From assembly GCA_016861205.1 (NCBI GenBank), contig BOKX01000001.1, forward strand, positions 988,758-1,052,757: a stretch of 64,000 nt of DNA. Reading direction: 5' to 3'. This document shows, in pieces, positions 23,504 to 33,365 of the stretch; position 1 is the stretch's first letter; each line of letters opens with the position of its first letter. The stretch is from Patescibacteria group bacterium (GTDB taxonomy: Bacteria; Patescibacteriota; Microgenomatia; UBA1400; PJMF01). Under the pieces are notes generated by a model, which saw only the letters and a list, made by a program, of their open reading frames with translations, did not search any database and was not told the DNA's origin. A program made the position numbers and the translations under genes.

Positions 23504-25210
23504 ATGGTTTTTGCAGAACTACCAGTCAATTCCGACTATTCGGAATTTCCGAATCAACCACAACAACTGATGCAGTATATGGTTGAGGGTTTGGTGCAGT
23601 GGTATCGGCGATACAACTTGAAGGTTGAGCATTTTCGTGATGTCAAACCAAGATTTATTGGCGAGTTAGAGCTTCAGCAAAAGCTCCGGACGAATCAGTT
23701 GCCGGCTGCTCATAATCCCAGTTTCGTTTACTTACTTAAAGATATTGTTTCCTATGTTGGTGACCAAGAATCGCTTGAAGCGTTGGCTGAGCGAATTTTA
23801 AAACCAAGTGATGAACTATTGGTAATGACAGCGATTGAGCGGTTGGTCGACAAAATTCCGCGTCCAAAGCGGTACCCAACAGACGATTTAGTATCGGAGT
23901 TAGCTGCTCGACTTGAGACTCGTTTGCCCCAAATCATCTTAGCTGGTTATGCGGATTTTATGGACCAGGCGGCAACCCGCCAAACTAAAATCGTGTCTGC
24001 TCTGCGGACAGAAATGATGGGATCAATTGGTCAGGCTGCAAGTGCATTTATTGATCTAGTTTCTGCCGAAGACCAAACCAATTTTTGGACTAACCATGAT
24101 GTGTCGTTAGCCCTGATTACTTTGCCAGAAGTGACGGGTCAGAACGATGAGTTGAGTTGGTCGCTGCGCGTTAATCCACAAGATGCTGCGAGCTGGTGGT
24201 GGCAAGCCGAACAACTGACCCAAGAAGATAATTTAACACTGTTGGATAAGTATCAGAAGTTGATGGAAGCTGAGCGGTTGAAGCCAGAGAACACACTTCG
24301 ATTGACAGGGGAGGCCGCCAGCGAGTTTAGTCAAAAGCTTTTGGATGACCCAGATTTACAGCCAATACTAGAATACTTGGTCATAAGCCAATGCTGGGAA
24401 ATTATGTGGGAGCGGTATCAGTCACTCTCATGGATTTTTCACCATGTGGCAAACAGCAACAACGAGCGAGTGCAGTTGGAAGTGCAAACGATGAACTTAG
24501 ACGTAGCAGTCAAAGGTTTTGAGTTGATTAAGTCTGCCACCCAGGAGGGCCGGCGTTTGCAGCTGGGGACAACCATGTTGTTCACAGCGGATCAAGTGAC
24601 CAGCCTGCGTTACCGACCGCTGGCAGTCGCCTTTGATGATACGCAAGAGATTCCCAAACCGCGGGCCCAGCAGCACCCACTTCAGGAGCGACTTGAACAA
24701 CCGTATGCGACGCATACAGTAGAACCACTACAGTTGTTTGAAGTTAGTTATGATGAGCAGCAACGAGTCGTTCGGTTTGAGTTGCCAGATCACCATCATA
24801 TAGTCTGGGTTAGGGTGACAGAGAATGGAATCATGGAGTACGCGGCTAACTCAGGAACAGATAGTAGTCAGTTGCAATTTTGCCGGCAACCGACTGCTTT
24901 TACTGCAGAGATGCGATATGTGGCGGATTTTTTCTCAAAAATGGCGATAACTGCTTATCAGCTTGATCCTATTGATTTTGAACAACACCATCGTGCGATC
25001 GACCGTAAGTATCGCCAGGTGCTAAAGCAATCTAGCCTGGAAAAATTCTTTGGAGTTCTGAACGTGAGCCAATTTGGCTCACTGTTCACTACCTACTTAC
25101 ATTTACACAATACAGTCATGTATCAGTTCTTTGTAACTGATCAACCAGGCAAGTTTAAACCGCTCAAAAATTTGGAACAACTTAAAGTTGTTGATCGTTC
25201 CCAAAACTAA
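23504..25210 (+). CDS. Hypothetical protein (568 aa)
   Basis: Long ORF with normal composition; no family recognised. Lies 48 nt upstream of the CobA-like gene on the same strand. Confidence 0.5.
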   Translation: MVFAELPVNSDYSEFPNQPQQLMQYMVEGLVQWYRRYNLKVEHFRDVKPRFIGELELQQKLRTNQLPAAHNPSFVYLLKDIVSYVGDQESLEALAERILKPSDELLVMTAIERLVDKIPRPKRYPTDDLVSELAARLETRLPQIILAGYADFMDQAATRQTKIVSALRTEMMGSIGQAASAFIDLVSAEDQTNFWTNHDVSLALITLPEVTGQNDELSWSLRVNPQDAASWWWQAEQLTQEDNLTLLDKYQKLMEAERLKPENTLRLTGEAASEFSQKLLDDPDLQPILEYLVISQCWEIMWERYQSLSWIFHHVANSNNERVQLEVQTMNLDVAVKGFELIKSATQEGRRLQLGTTMLFTADQVTSLRYRPLAVAFDDTQEIPKPRAQQHPLQERLEQPYATHTVEPLQLFEVSYDEQQRVVRFELPDHHHIVWVRVTENGIMEYAANSGTDSSQLQFCRQPTAFTAEMRYVADFFSKMAITAYQLDPIDFEQHHRAIDRKYRQVLKQSSLEKFFGVLNVSQFGSLFTTYLHLHNTVMYQFFVTDQPGKFKPLKNLEQLKVVDRSQN

Positions 25211-25257
25211 GAACTGCGGCCGACAAACACGTAGCTCACCTGTATACTCGGCCTTGT

Positions 25258-26256
25258 ATGATCGATGTTGAGCAGACGTACGTCAAAAATCCACTCAAGT
25301 ATGGGTATGAACTGCCCCCGGCATTATTTACTGATGTAATTGGTGGCACATTAGTTCGAGCTATCGGCAAAAATTGGGTGGTGGCGGTTACCAGCATCGA
25401 CCAAGACAAACTAACACCATGGGAGCGGCTGAGTGAGTTATTGGTCGATCCGAGCCAATTACTACTCTACAAAGTGACTAAATTACCGGTCAACATTGAC
25501 GCCAATCTAGTGATTGGTGAAGGAATGTCTGACCAGCGGCGAGCCATCCTACGGGCTCAGTCAAAATCAAATCATCAACATGTCGTGCTGATTGATCCAG
25601 ATGCGAATTATGATAACTATGATTTGATTTCGTTATTTAGCATTTTTAAACGAAGATTTGATACTGCTAGGGCGACCGCCATTATTGGTTTGGGTAAGGG
25701 CAAAACTACCACTGCTTTGGGCATGGCTCTGGAAGCTGTTTTACAAGGTAAGTCAGTCAAAATTGTCCAGTGGTTCAAGGAGCGGAACACCGGTGACCTG
25801 ACGTGGGCGATCAACGAGCATTTTTTCCCAGCCAAACTTAAAAAGCCAGAACTGATGGAGTTTTATCCTATGGGTTTAGGTTTTTTTGGTTCACCCAACA
25901 TGGACCGAGTTAAGGGTGAACAAGCCTATGCTCAACACCGTGCTAAGGCGTATGAAGGTCTCGAGCTTGCCAAAAAGTTGGTGTTTGAAACCAAGCCGGC
26001 CGTGATTGTGTTGGATGAACTACTGGACACGGTTGCTGAGATTGCCCGCAACATTGAGTACCCATTGATTGAGCTCGATAGCTTGAAGATTTTTTTGGCC
26101 GAGATTACTTCCCAAAACCACACCGAGGTGGTGGTGACCGGTCGTCGGACAATTCCCGAAATTGTGAAGTGGTTTAAACAATCGATCACCATTGATCAAG
26201 TCAAACACCCATGGGATGATGCTCACCAGGGTGCAGTATCAGGGCTTGATTACTAG
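25258..26256 (+). CDS. Two-domain protein: unknown N-terminal domain (about 140 aa) fused to a CobA/CobO/BtuR-type ATP:cob(I)alamin adenosyltransferase-like P-loop domain
   Basis: The C-terminal half aligns with E. coli BtuR across its length: IIGLGKGKTTTALGMALEAVLQGKSVKIVQWFK… (BtuR: FTGNGKGKTTAAFGTAARAVGHGKNVGVVQFIK), …VIVLDELLDTVA…HTEVVVTGRRTIPEIVKWFKQSITIDQVKHPWDDAHQGAVSGLDY (BtuR: …VVLDELTYMVA…HQTVIITGRGCHRDILDLADTVSELRPVKHAFDAGVKAQMGIDY). Confidence 0.6.
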   Translation: MIDVEQTYVKNPLKYGYELPPALFTDVIGGTLVRAIGKNWVVAVTSIDQDKLTPWERLSELLVDPSQLLLYKVTKLPVNIDANLVIGEGMSDQRRAILRAQSKSNHQHVVLIDPDANYDNYDLISLFSIFKRRFDTARATAIIGLGKGKTTTALGMALEAVLQGKSVKIVQWFKERNTGDLTWAINEHFFPAKLKKPELMEFYPMGLGFFGSPNMDRVKGEQAYAQHRAKAYEGLELAKKLVFETKPAVIVLDELLDTVAEIARNIEYPLIELDSLKIFLAEITSQNHTEVVVTGRRTIPEIVKWFKQSITIDQVKHPWDDAHQGAVSGLDY

Positions 26257-26259
26257 GCT

Positions 26260-27936
26260 GTGAGTGTGTTTACCTACAGTATGCGTCAGCATATCGACCG
26301 TTTGATTCCGGCTAAGTGGCAACAAGCCTGGGTGATTGCCCTCATTGTTTTCGTAGTGTACTTGCCATCGTTCTGGAACACTTTCGTGTGGGATGACGAG
26401 CAGTTTATTCAAAGGAATTTGTTTACCACCTCAGTTCGCTATATTCCTCAAATTTTTACCACGAACACCATTGCCGGGGCTGGCGAGTTTAGCAATTACT
26501 ATCGACCGTTCACCACACTCAGTTTCTTAGTTGATAGGTTGATTTGGGGGTTGCGACCATTTGGCTTTCACTTGACGAACACCGCTTTGCACGCTGGGGC
26601 TGCGGTACTCCTTTTTTTCTACTTGTCACGACTTGGTGTTAGGCGGTCGGCAGCTTGGTGGTTGGCGTTGGCTTTTGGTCTCAATCCTTTGCAAACTGAG
26701 GCGGTGGTGTACATGAACTCTCGAGGTGATTCATGGTATGTGCTGTGGCTTATGGCGGCGTTGTTGCTGGCGTTGCGGTGGCTAACAACAGTTGATTGGC
26801 GGTGGTACGTGGCTAGTTTATGTTGTTTTGTGGTTGCCATTTTGAGTAAAGAAATTGCAGTTGCGGGGGCTGGTTTGCTAGGGCTGACCTATCTGCATAT
26901 TTGGTTGAGAGGAGGAGACGGTAGTAAAGTATGGTCAAACAAATGGTGGATCAAAACACGGTGGGGTTGGGCATTGATTTTGGGTTGGGGCAGCGTGGTT
27001 ATCGGATATGTGGGTTTGCGGTTAACTGTTCTTAGCTTTGGGAATTTTCTCAATTTCTATCAGGGGACCAATCTATATACAGATAGTTTGGTGGTGAGAT
27101 TGGTCATGTTTTCGCGGGCGTTGTTTGAGTACTGGCGGTTGTTGATTTTACCGTACCCGCTGCACATGGAGCGTGGCATACCGTTGATAACCGAGTGGTG
27201 GAGTTGGCCCGTGTGGGGAGCGATTTTAGTGGTGGCGAGTGTATTAGGGCTTGGTTGGTGGGAGTGGCGCCAAACCCGACAATCTTGGATTTGGTTTGGC
27301 TTGGCCTGGTTTTTTGTCATGCTTGGACCAGTGTCTGGGGTAGTCCCGATTAATGGCTTGTTGTATGAACACTGGCTCTACTTGCCAATGGTAGGCTGGT
27401 GGATCATGGTCGGTCGAGTCATGCAACTGAGTTTGCAACGACTGCAACGGCAGTGGCTGGACCGAGCAATGAGTTGGCTGGTGGTAATGGTGTTTGTGAT
27501 CTGGACAGGATTGACGATCAGACAAAACTGGATCTGGCGATCTCCATTGAGTTTATACCCGTATACTCTCCAGTTTGCCCAAACCGCTCGCCTCCACAAT
27601 AATCTGGCGATGGCCTATGCAGACGCTGGTGAGGTGGGTCAGGCGATTCATCATTACCAACAAGCGATTGCGCTGGATGATGGTTATCCACAAACCCACT
27701 ACAATCTGGGGCGCACCTATCTAGAACTTAATCAGGTACAACAGGCAGAGGTCGAGTTTAAACGAGCGCTGGAAATTAATCCCCGGTTTGATTTGGCCAA
27801 AGTGGCGTTGCTCGAGTTAGCACTCGAAGCGGAGAACTGGCCGCTCGCCAACCAGTACCTCGATGAGTTGCTTCAACTTTATCCGCGAGAGCCGCAATTA
27901 TTGCAGTTGAAAACTCAGTTGAAAGCCAAGCTATAA
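26260..27936 (+). CDS. Polytopic GT-C-type glycosyltransferase-like membrane protein (PMT/ArnT-like) with C-terminal TPR repeats
   Basis: More than 10 predicted TM helices. A DE motif in the first extracytoplasmic loop (WNTFVWDDEQF) as in GT39/GT83 enzymes. C-terminal TPR units (…LAMAYADAGEVGQAIHHYQQAIALD…NLGRTYLEL…). Confidence 0.55.
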   Translation: MSVFTYSMRQHIDRLIPAKWQQAWVIALIVFVVYLPSFWNTFVWDDEQFIQRNLFTTSVRYIPQIFTTNTIAGAGEFSNYYRPFTTLSFLVDRLIWGLRPFGFHLTNTALHAGAAVLLFFYLSRLGVRRSAAWWLALAFGLNPLQTEAVVYMNSRGDSWYVLWLMAALLLALRWLTTVDWRWYVASLCCFVVAILSKEIAVAGAGLLGLTYLHIWLRGGDGSKVWSNKWWIKTRWGWALILGWGSVVIGYVGLRLTVLSFGNFLNFYQGTNLYTDSLVVRLVMFSRALFEYWRLLILPYPLHMERGIPLITEWWSWPVWGAILVVASVLGLGWWEWRQTRQSWIWFGLAWFFVMLGPVSGVVPINGLLYEHWLYLPMVGWWIMVGRVMQLSLQRLQRQWLDRAMSWLVVMVFVIWTGLTIRQNWIWRSPLSLYPYTLQFAQTARLHNNLAMAYADAGEVGQAIHHYQQAIALDDGYPQTHYNLGRTYLELNQVQQAEVEFKRALEINPRFDLAKVALLELALEAENWPLANQYLDELLQLYPREPQLLQLKTQLKAKL

Positions 27937-27942
27937 TGCGAG

Positions 27943-29019
27943 ATGCAGAAAACTTGGCAACGTTTGAGTCAACAACCTCAGCTACAAGCACCATTTCGTG
28001 TTCGTGAAGTGGTGATTGATACGATTCGAGGCTTTTTTAAAACCCAAGACTTTTTGGAAGTTGAGACCCCACTGTTGGTCCAACGGCCCAGCACCGAGAC
28101 TTTTTTGGATTTTTTTGGATCTGAGTTGCGGATGGCCGAAGGCCAGCGTCGACCGGGTTTTTTGACTACTAGTCCTGAGTACGCCATGAAGAAAATTTTA
28201 GTGGCGGGTTTTCCCAGAGTGTTTCAAGTCTGCAAAAGTTTCCGTAACGGGGAAGGCAGGAGCCCAAAGCACAATCCCGAGTTTACTATTTTGGAGTGGT
28301 ATCGCACCCAAGCCGATTACACCGATATCATGAGGGACTGCGAAGAGCTGATGCTCGAGTTGGTAGCAGCGGTTAACGAGTGGCGTGGTGAGGCAGTTAT
28401 GCCCGATGTGGAGCCTACTTTGCAGTATCAAGGGCGAACCTATCACCTGAATGCACCCTGGCCGCGACTGAGTGTGGCTGAGGCGTTTGAACAGTTTGCG
28501 GGGATTGAAGTTGAGGAACTCTTGGACGAGGTGGCGCTGCCCAAGCGAGCAGCGACGAAGGGATACCAAGTGACTGATGCCACTTCTTGGGAACAAGCCT
28601 ATCATCAAATATTTTTGAATGAGGTCGAGCCAGCGTTAACGCAGTTTGATCGACCGGTGTTCTTGTACGACTATCCAACCAGCCAAGCCGCGCTGTCGCG
28701 CCGGAAAGCTGATGATCCGCGGTTTGCAGAACGGTTTGAGTTGTATCTGGGTGGCATTGAGTTGGGAAACGCATTTTCTGAATTGATTGATGCTGATGAA
28801 CAGGAAGCACGGCTTAAAGCTGACCTGGAACTTCGCCGAAAGGAACAGCGTCCGCCGTTCGAACTCGATACCGACTTTATTGAAGCCTTGCGACTGGGGA
28901 TGCCGCCGACAGGTGGTATAGCAGTAGGGGTGGATCGGTTGGTAATGCTGCTGGCCGATGTGCCAAGCATTAAAGACACATTGTTCTTCCCAGTGGAAGA
29001 TGTGTTTGATCTCGAGTAA
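27943..29019 (+). CDS. epmA: Elongation factor P--(R)-beta-lysine ligase (EpmA/PoxA/GenX; LysRS-like catalytic domain without an anticodon-binding domain)
   Basis: Class II aaRS motifs and an EpmA-specific alignment with E. coli EpmA: TSPEYAMKKILVAGFPRVFQVCKSFRNGEGRSPKHNPEFTILEWY, AERFELYLGGIELGNAFSELIDADEQ, GMPPTGGIAVGVDRLVMLLAD. 358 aa. Immediately upstream of efp. Confidence 0.85.
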   Translation: MQKTWQRLSQQPQLQAPFRVREVVIDTIRGFFKTQDFLEVETPLLVQRPSTETFLDFFGSELRMAEGQRRPGFLTTSPEYAMKKILVAGFPRVFQVCKSFRNGEGRSPKHNPEFTILEWYRTQADYTDIMRDCEELMLELVAAVNEWRGEAVMPDVEPTLQYQGRTYHLNAPWPRLSVAEAFEQFAGIEVEELLDEVALPKRAATKGYQVTDATSWEQAYHQIFLNEVEPALTQFDRPVFLYDYPTSQAALSRRKADDPRFAERFELYLGGIELGNAFSELIDADEQEARLKADLELRRKEQRPPFELDTDFIEALRLGMPPTGGIAVGVDRLVMLLADVPSIKDTLFFPVEDVFDLE

Positions 29020-29039
29020 AAGTGGTATAATACACCCCT

Positions 29040-29609
29040 ATGGCAACAATCAAAGGCGGAAACATCACCAAAGGTAACTACATTTTGTTCAAGGGTGCCC
29101 CTTGGCTTGTCACGAAAACCGAGTTCGTTAGTCCGGGCAAAGGCTCTGCTTTCACTCGAGCGAAACTCAAAAACGCTCGAACTGGTGCTTCCCAAGAGTT
29201 CACGTTCAAATCGACCGAAACAATTGAAGAGCTGGATGTTTCCAGCCGTGAAATGCAGTTCTTATATCTGGATGGCAGTGACGCAGTGTTCATGGATCCA
29301 CGTAGTTATGAACAAGTCTCAGTGCCAGTTGATCTGCTCGATGGCCGTGAAGGTTTCTTGACTCCAGACATCACCGTGTACATTTTGTTTTACAACGAAG
29401 CCGCCATTGGGGTGCGTTTGCCAGCTAGTGTCAAACTCAAAGTCACGTATGCTGAAGATGCCACCGCTGGTAACCGCGTCAATGCTCCCAAGAAGCCAGT
29501 CACGGTTGAAACCGGCTTGATTGTTCAAGCGCCACTGTTCATTAAAGTAGGTGACGTCATCAGTATCGAAACTGATGGTGGCCAATACCAGTCGCGCGTT
29601 AACGAGTAA
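29040..29609 (+). CDS. efp: Elongation factor P
   Basis: 189 aa, MATIKGGNITKGNYILFKGAPWLVTKTEFVSPGKGSAF… The PGKG loop lysine is the EpmA substrate position. Three OB-like domains. Confidence 0.9.
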   Translation: MATIKGGNITKGNYILFKGAPWLVTKTEFVSPGKGSAFTRAKLKNARTGASQEFTFKSTETIEELDVSSREMQFLYLDGSDAVFMDPRSYEQVSVPVDLLDGREGFLTPDITVYILFYNEAAIGVRLPASVKLKVTYAEDATAGNRVNAPKKPVTVETGLIVQAPLFIKVGDVISIETDGGQYQSRVNE

Positions 29610-29623
29610 AAAGCTAGCCTCCT

Positions 29624-30808
29624 ATGTTTCTCCAGACACCAGAAGCCAAACGGCGAGCGGCCGGCCTAACTGCCATCGCTGGTACTTTAGATCTAGCAGT
29701 TACAGCCGGAACTGAACTGCCAACTTGGTCTGATGAGGATCCCACGGCCATAGTTGTTACTGAAGATCAAAAAACCATATTGGCTTCAAGCACTAGCCCA
29801 ACTGAGTTACAACAAGTTTTGGTTTCTCCTGGTGGGGGAGAGTATCCTGGTTTACATGATGTGTCGTTGAGACCGAATGAGTATCTCCGCAAAACCACTG
29901 GGACTGGTTGGGCAATCCTGAGCTATCATCCGGCTGATGCACCCGTAACTTGGAAATTGCGTCATTTATTGACCGGTCAAGAAATGCAAGTTGCAGAAGT
30001 GTGGCCAACCTTTGATCTTGAAGGCAATGCATATATAAATCTGGGGACTGACCAAGCTGGTCTGCCAGTGCTGTTTGTTCAAGTTCACAATGAGGGCTAT
30101 TCAAGAGTAGGTTACCTTGATGGGCGAGTGCAGGTTGTTGATGGTTACATCACCTCGGTTGAGCACGGCCAAGCTGTGACTGTTTTTAACAAAGACACTA
30201 CCGCGATCGCAGTGGTTAATTTGGAAACTACTGAAACGTTTCGTCTGCCAACAGACATGATTACGTCAATTGCCGCTAACTCCGAGTGGGTCGCCTGGAG
30301 TATGGTTGATCAAGACGGGACAGCTATCACTAGTTATGACCGAACGAACGAGGTATATCGGGAAATGCACTTTCCAAATGAGTACCTGGTGGCCGGATTC
30401 GCATTGGAAGGTGACACATTGTTGATAAGCTCAACTGAGCTTGATATTCACAATCAAACCTCGACCAAAACCTATGCTTTGGATCTTAAAACGCAATCAA
30501 TGGAGCTGATAAGTAGACTCGACTTTTTAGCCAATCAAGTCAGCTTTCTTCCTGATGGGAAAACTGCGGTTTTCAACCCACTGGAATGGAATGATGGCGT
30601 GACATCCGTTCTCAATGTAGCGACTGGCCAAGTTACCAGTTTAGATCGAACCTATCTGGGCAGTTTTGACTTGGTTGACTTGCCGAATCGAGCTGAAAAT
30701 GAAACTGTGGAGCCACTGCTCATCGCAATCTTACTCTATATTATTGCTTGGCAACTTCTGGTATCTGCCAAACGCCAAGCCACTCAGCACCAAAACAGCC
30801 GAGGTTAA
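29624..30808 (+). CDS. Hypothetical protein (394 aa) with a C-terminal TM anchor
   Basis: ORF. A hydrophobic helix (PLLIAILLYIIAWQLLV) lies near the C-terminus. No family recognised. Confidence 0.45.
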   Translation: MFLQTPEAKRRAAGLTAIAGTLDLAVTAGTELPTWSDEDPTAIVVTEDQKTILASSTSPTELQQVLVSPGGGEYPGLHDVSLRPNEYLRKTTGTGWAILSYHPADAPVTWKLRHLLTGQEMQVAEVWPTFDLEGNAYINLGTDQAGLPVLFVQVHNEGYSRVGYLDGRVQVVDGYITSVEHGQAVTVFNKDTTAIAVVNLETTETFRLPTDMITSIAANSEWVAWSMVDQDGTAITSYDRTNEVYREMHFPNEYLVAGFALEGDTLLISSTELDIHNQTSTKTYALDLKTQSMELISRLDFLANQVSFLPDGKTAVFNPLEWNDGVTSVLNVATGQVTSLDRTYLGSFDLVDLPNRAENETVEPLLIAILLYIIAWQLLVSAKRQATQHQNSRG

Positions 30809-30825
30809 GAGTTCACAAAGGCTAA

Positions 30826-31593
30826 CTACAGTGTCTCGTAACTGAGTGTCACCGAGTACGTAAAGCTCGTTGAGCCAGGCTCGACATTGGTGGGAGCGCC
30901 ACCACCGGCACCGGCTTTGGCATCCATCATCACTTCTGGTCGAGGATAGTAATCAGAACCGACATTAATCTCCATCACGTTGACGATTTTGCCTAAGCGC
31001 ATGCCAGCCAGTCTTGATAACTCATTGGCTTTGTCTTTGGCGTTATCGATGGCTTCTTTGCGGGCTTGCTCTTCAGTTTCGGCTTTTTTAGTATCGGAGA
31101 GTGAGAAAGTAATCCCGCCAATCTGGTTGGCGCCCGCTCCGGTGGCTGCGTCGATAGCCTGGTTTAGCTTGGCGAAATCGGTCAGGGTGGCCACTAAGTT
31201 GGCGTTGACTGAGTAACCGATGATGCGTTGGCCGCTACCTGATTGGTAGTCATAGTTGGGGTAGAGGGAGTAGTTTTCAGTTTTGAGGTCTTTTTTCTCA
31301 ACACCCAGTTTAGCGAGCTCACCATTTATGTTGTTAATGATGGTGTTGGCTTTGTCCTGAGCGGCCTTGACGGTGGGTTCGTTGACAGTGATGCCGAGTC
31401 GAACTTCAGCCTGGTCGGGGATGGTGGTGATTTTGGACTCACCTGTTACGTCAAAAGTGGCTTGTTTATTGGTTGAAACTTGGTTAATGGCCAAGGAAGG
31501 GCCGCCAAAAAAGCGAGTGACTGCCACCGCACTGCCGACTGCCAACGTCGAGATCAGAATTGTTTGCAGGGCGGGGAGGAGGAGTTTTTGCAT
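30826..31593 (-). CDS. SIMPL/DUF541-family (YggE-like) periplasmic protein
   Basis: Signal peptide, then the characteristic two-lobed DUF541 pattern (…GYSVNANLVATLTDFAKLNQAIDAATGAGANQIGGITFSLSD…EEQARKEAIDNAKDKANELSRLAGMRLGKIVNV…). Confidence 0.7.
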   Translation of the reverse strand: MQKLLLPALQTILISTLAVGSAVAVTRFFGGPSLAINQVSTNKQATFDVTGESKITTIPDQAEVRLGITVNEPTVKAAQDKANTIINNINGELAKLGVEKKDLKTENYSLYPNYDYQSGSGQRIIGYSVNANLVATLTDFAKLNQAIDAATGAGANQIGGITFSLSDTKKAETEEQARKEAIDNAKDKANELSRLAGMRLGKIVNVMEINVGSDYYPRPEVMMDAKAGAGGGAPTNVEPGSTSFTYSVTLSYETL

Positions 31594-31655
31594 AGATGCA
31601 TTGTGTCATAATTTACCTCGAGTGGCAAGCTTGTACCATTTTGATATAATTAGGT

Positions 31656-32024
31656 ATGACAGAAACCTTACCAGCCTCAAGTGAAGTCTTGGCGCTGTTG
31701 CAGATTTTAGACGTTTTCCCTCAAAAAACAGTGGTGCTCGAGAGTGCGTTGCGGCATTTCTTGTCCGTTCCTGACTCATTTCTCGAGGAGACTCACAAGG
31801 GTAGTTCCTCAGATGAAGTCAAGAAACGTGTGCGCCAAGTTCTTGAAGGGTACAATCGCGATTTACCAGGCAAAGCTTGGAAAGAGTTCGTTGACGCCTA
31901 CTTTGAGGCCATGTTGGCCGATGACATTAACTTCCGGGTGGCCCGGACCATTTTGGCCGGCAAAATGAAAACTGTAGGTGTTTTTCCCAGTTACTGGGAG
32001 GCCTACGAGACCTACGTAGGTTAA
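31656..32024 (+). CDS. Hypothetical protein (122 aa)
   Basis: ORF only. Confidence 0.35.
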   Translation: MTETLPASSEVLALLQILDVFPQKTVVLESALRHFLSVPDSFLEETHKGSSSDEVKKRVRQVLEGYNRDLPGKAWKEFVDAYFEAMLADDINFRVARTILAGKMKTVGVFPSYWEAYETYVG

Positions 32025-32641
32025 GTTTCCAATTTGAGTTTTGTTTCCTGTACAGTACTCGCTGGCCCGTGGCCCGCAAAGAACTGCGTGTGATGTGGCA
32101 GTGACAGCAAGTCATGCACAGAGTTACTCAGTTGCAACGCGTTTCCATAACGATGATTACTGCTGCCCACGCTCTCACTGAATAGGGTATCTCCAGTAAA
32201 CAAAATTGATTCATTTTTACTATATAGTGCGATGCTTCCGGGAGTATGTCCTGGCACATTTTTAACTTCAAGAAGGTTGTCTCCCAGCCAAAGGTAGCGA
32301 TTATTTGGGTAAGCTTGGGTGTGGTTGGGGACGGGATCAACAGGATGTTTGAGCCAATGTTCGGCTCGGTTTTGGGCCGTGTTAATCAGAAACTGATCGG
32401 CAGGGTCCAGATATATGGGTACCGGAAAGTTGAGACTCACCTCCAGTAGCCCCAACACATGGTCGAAGTGGCCATGGGTGAGGGCAATGCCGACAGGGTG
32501 CAAACCCAGCTCCAGAAGTCGAGTAGTGATGCTGTCGCCGCTGTCGGCTGGATCGATGATCAGAGCGTCACGGGTTTTAGTGTCGAAGACAAGGTAGCAG
32601 TTCGTTTGTAACTCGCCCAAGACTAAAGTTTCAATTTCCAT
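32021..32641 (-). CDS. MBL-fold metallo-hydrolase (hydroxyacylglutathione hydrolase-like)
   Basis: THGHFDH metal-binding motif plus downstream His/Asp ligands (…NVPGHTPGS…). Start taken at MEIETL…. Confidence 0.8.
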   Translation of the reverse strand: MEIETLVLGELQTNCYLVFDTKTRDALIIDPADSGDSITTRLLELGLHPVGIALTHGHFDHVLGLLEVSLNFPVPIYLDPADQFLINTAQNRAEHWLKHPVDPVPNHTQAYPNNRYLWLGDNLLEVKNVPGHTPGSIALYSKNESILFTGDTLFSESVGSSNHRYGNALQLSNSVHDLLSLPHHTQFFAGHGPASTVQETKLKLET

Positions 32642-32705
32642 GCGGTGATTGTGCCACTGCCAAGTGGGTGGGTACAATAGGACCATTGAAAATCCGAAGG
32701 TGAGA

Positions 32706-33365
32706 ATGATTGTTTACTTTGATGTCGATTACACTCTGTTTAACAATGGTAGGTTCCGTGAACTCATGGATCCAGCCTTGGCTCGAGTGGCTGGAGTTGA
32801 GGTGTCCCAACTGCAGGCAGCCAGCCTGGCATACTCTCAATCACTCGACTCATTTACCGATTTTGAACCAGATGCATATGTAACCTCGTTGGCAACGGCA
32901 TTTCATTTGGATTCGGATCACCAAGCTCAACTGAAAAGCACCTTTTGGTCGGCAGAAATTTTCGCAGCCTCGTTGTTTGATGATGTCAAACCAGCTTTAA
33001 CCCGACTCAACGAGCGGGGTGTGCGGCTCGGTATTTTCTCGGAAGCCATTGAATCTTGGCAGCAAAAAAAGCTTGAATTGTTGGGTATAAAATCATTTTT
33101 TGAGCAAAATTTAATGCTTATCGAAAGACGCAAGGAAACACCCGAAGCAGTCACGAAGCTAGAGTCCGGTAGTTGGATTGTTGATGACAAGCCAAGCGTG
33201 GTCACTTTGCTCGCTGAGCAACCGGCTTTGCATCCCGTTTGGTTACATCGTTCAACAGCTAAACACCAGCCCACTTCAGCTGAACAGGGAGTCATTTCCA
33301 CCAAAGCGGCCCGAGTCACATCGCTGACGGAGTTTGCTGATCTGGTACTCCAAGCGGTCAGTTAA
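32706..33365 (+). CDS. HAD-superfamily hydrolase
   Basis: Motif I FDVDYTL at the N-terminus, later …IVDDKPS… (motif IV-like). Start taken at MIVYFDVDYTL. Confidence 0.6.
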   Translation: MIVYFDVDYTLFNNGRFRELMDPALARVAGVEVSQLQAASLAYSQSLDSFTDFEPDAYVTSLATAFHLDSDHQAQLKSTFWSAEIFAASLFDDVKPALTRLNERGVRLGIFSEAIESWQQKKLELLGIKSFFEQNLMLIERRKETPEAVTKLESGSWIVDDKPSVVTLLAEQPALHPVWLHRSTAKHQPTSAEQGVISTKAARVTSLTEFADLVLQAVS

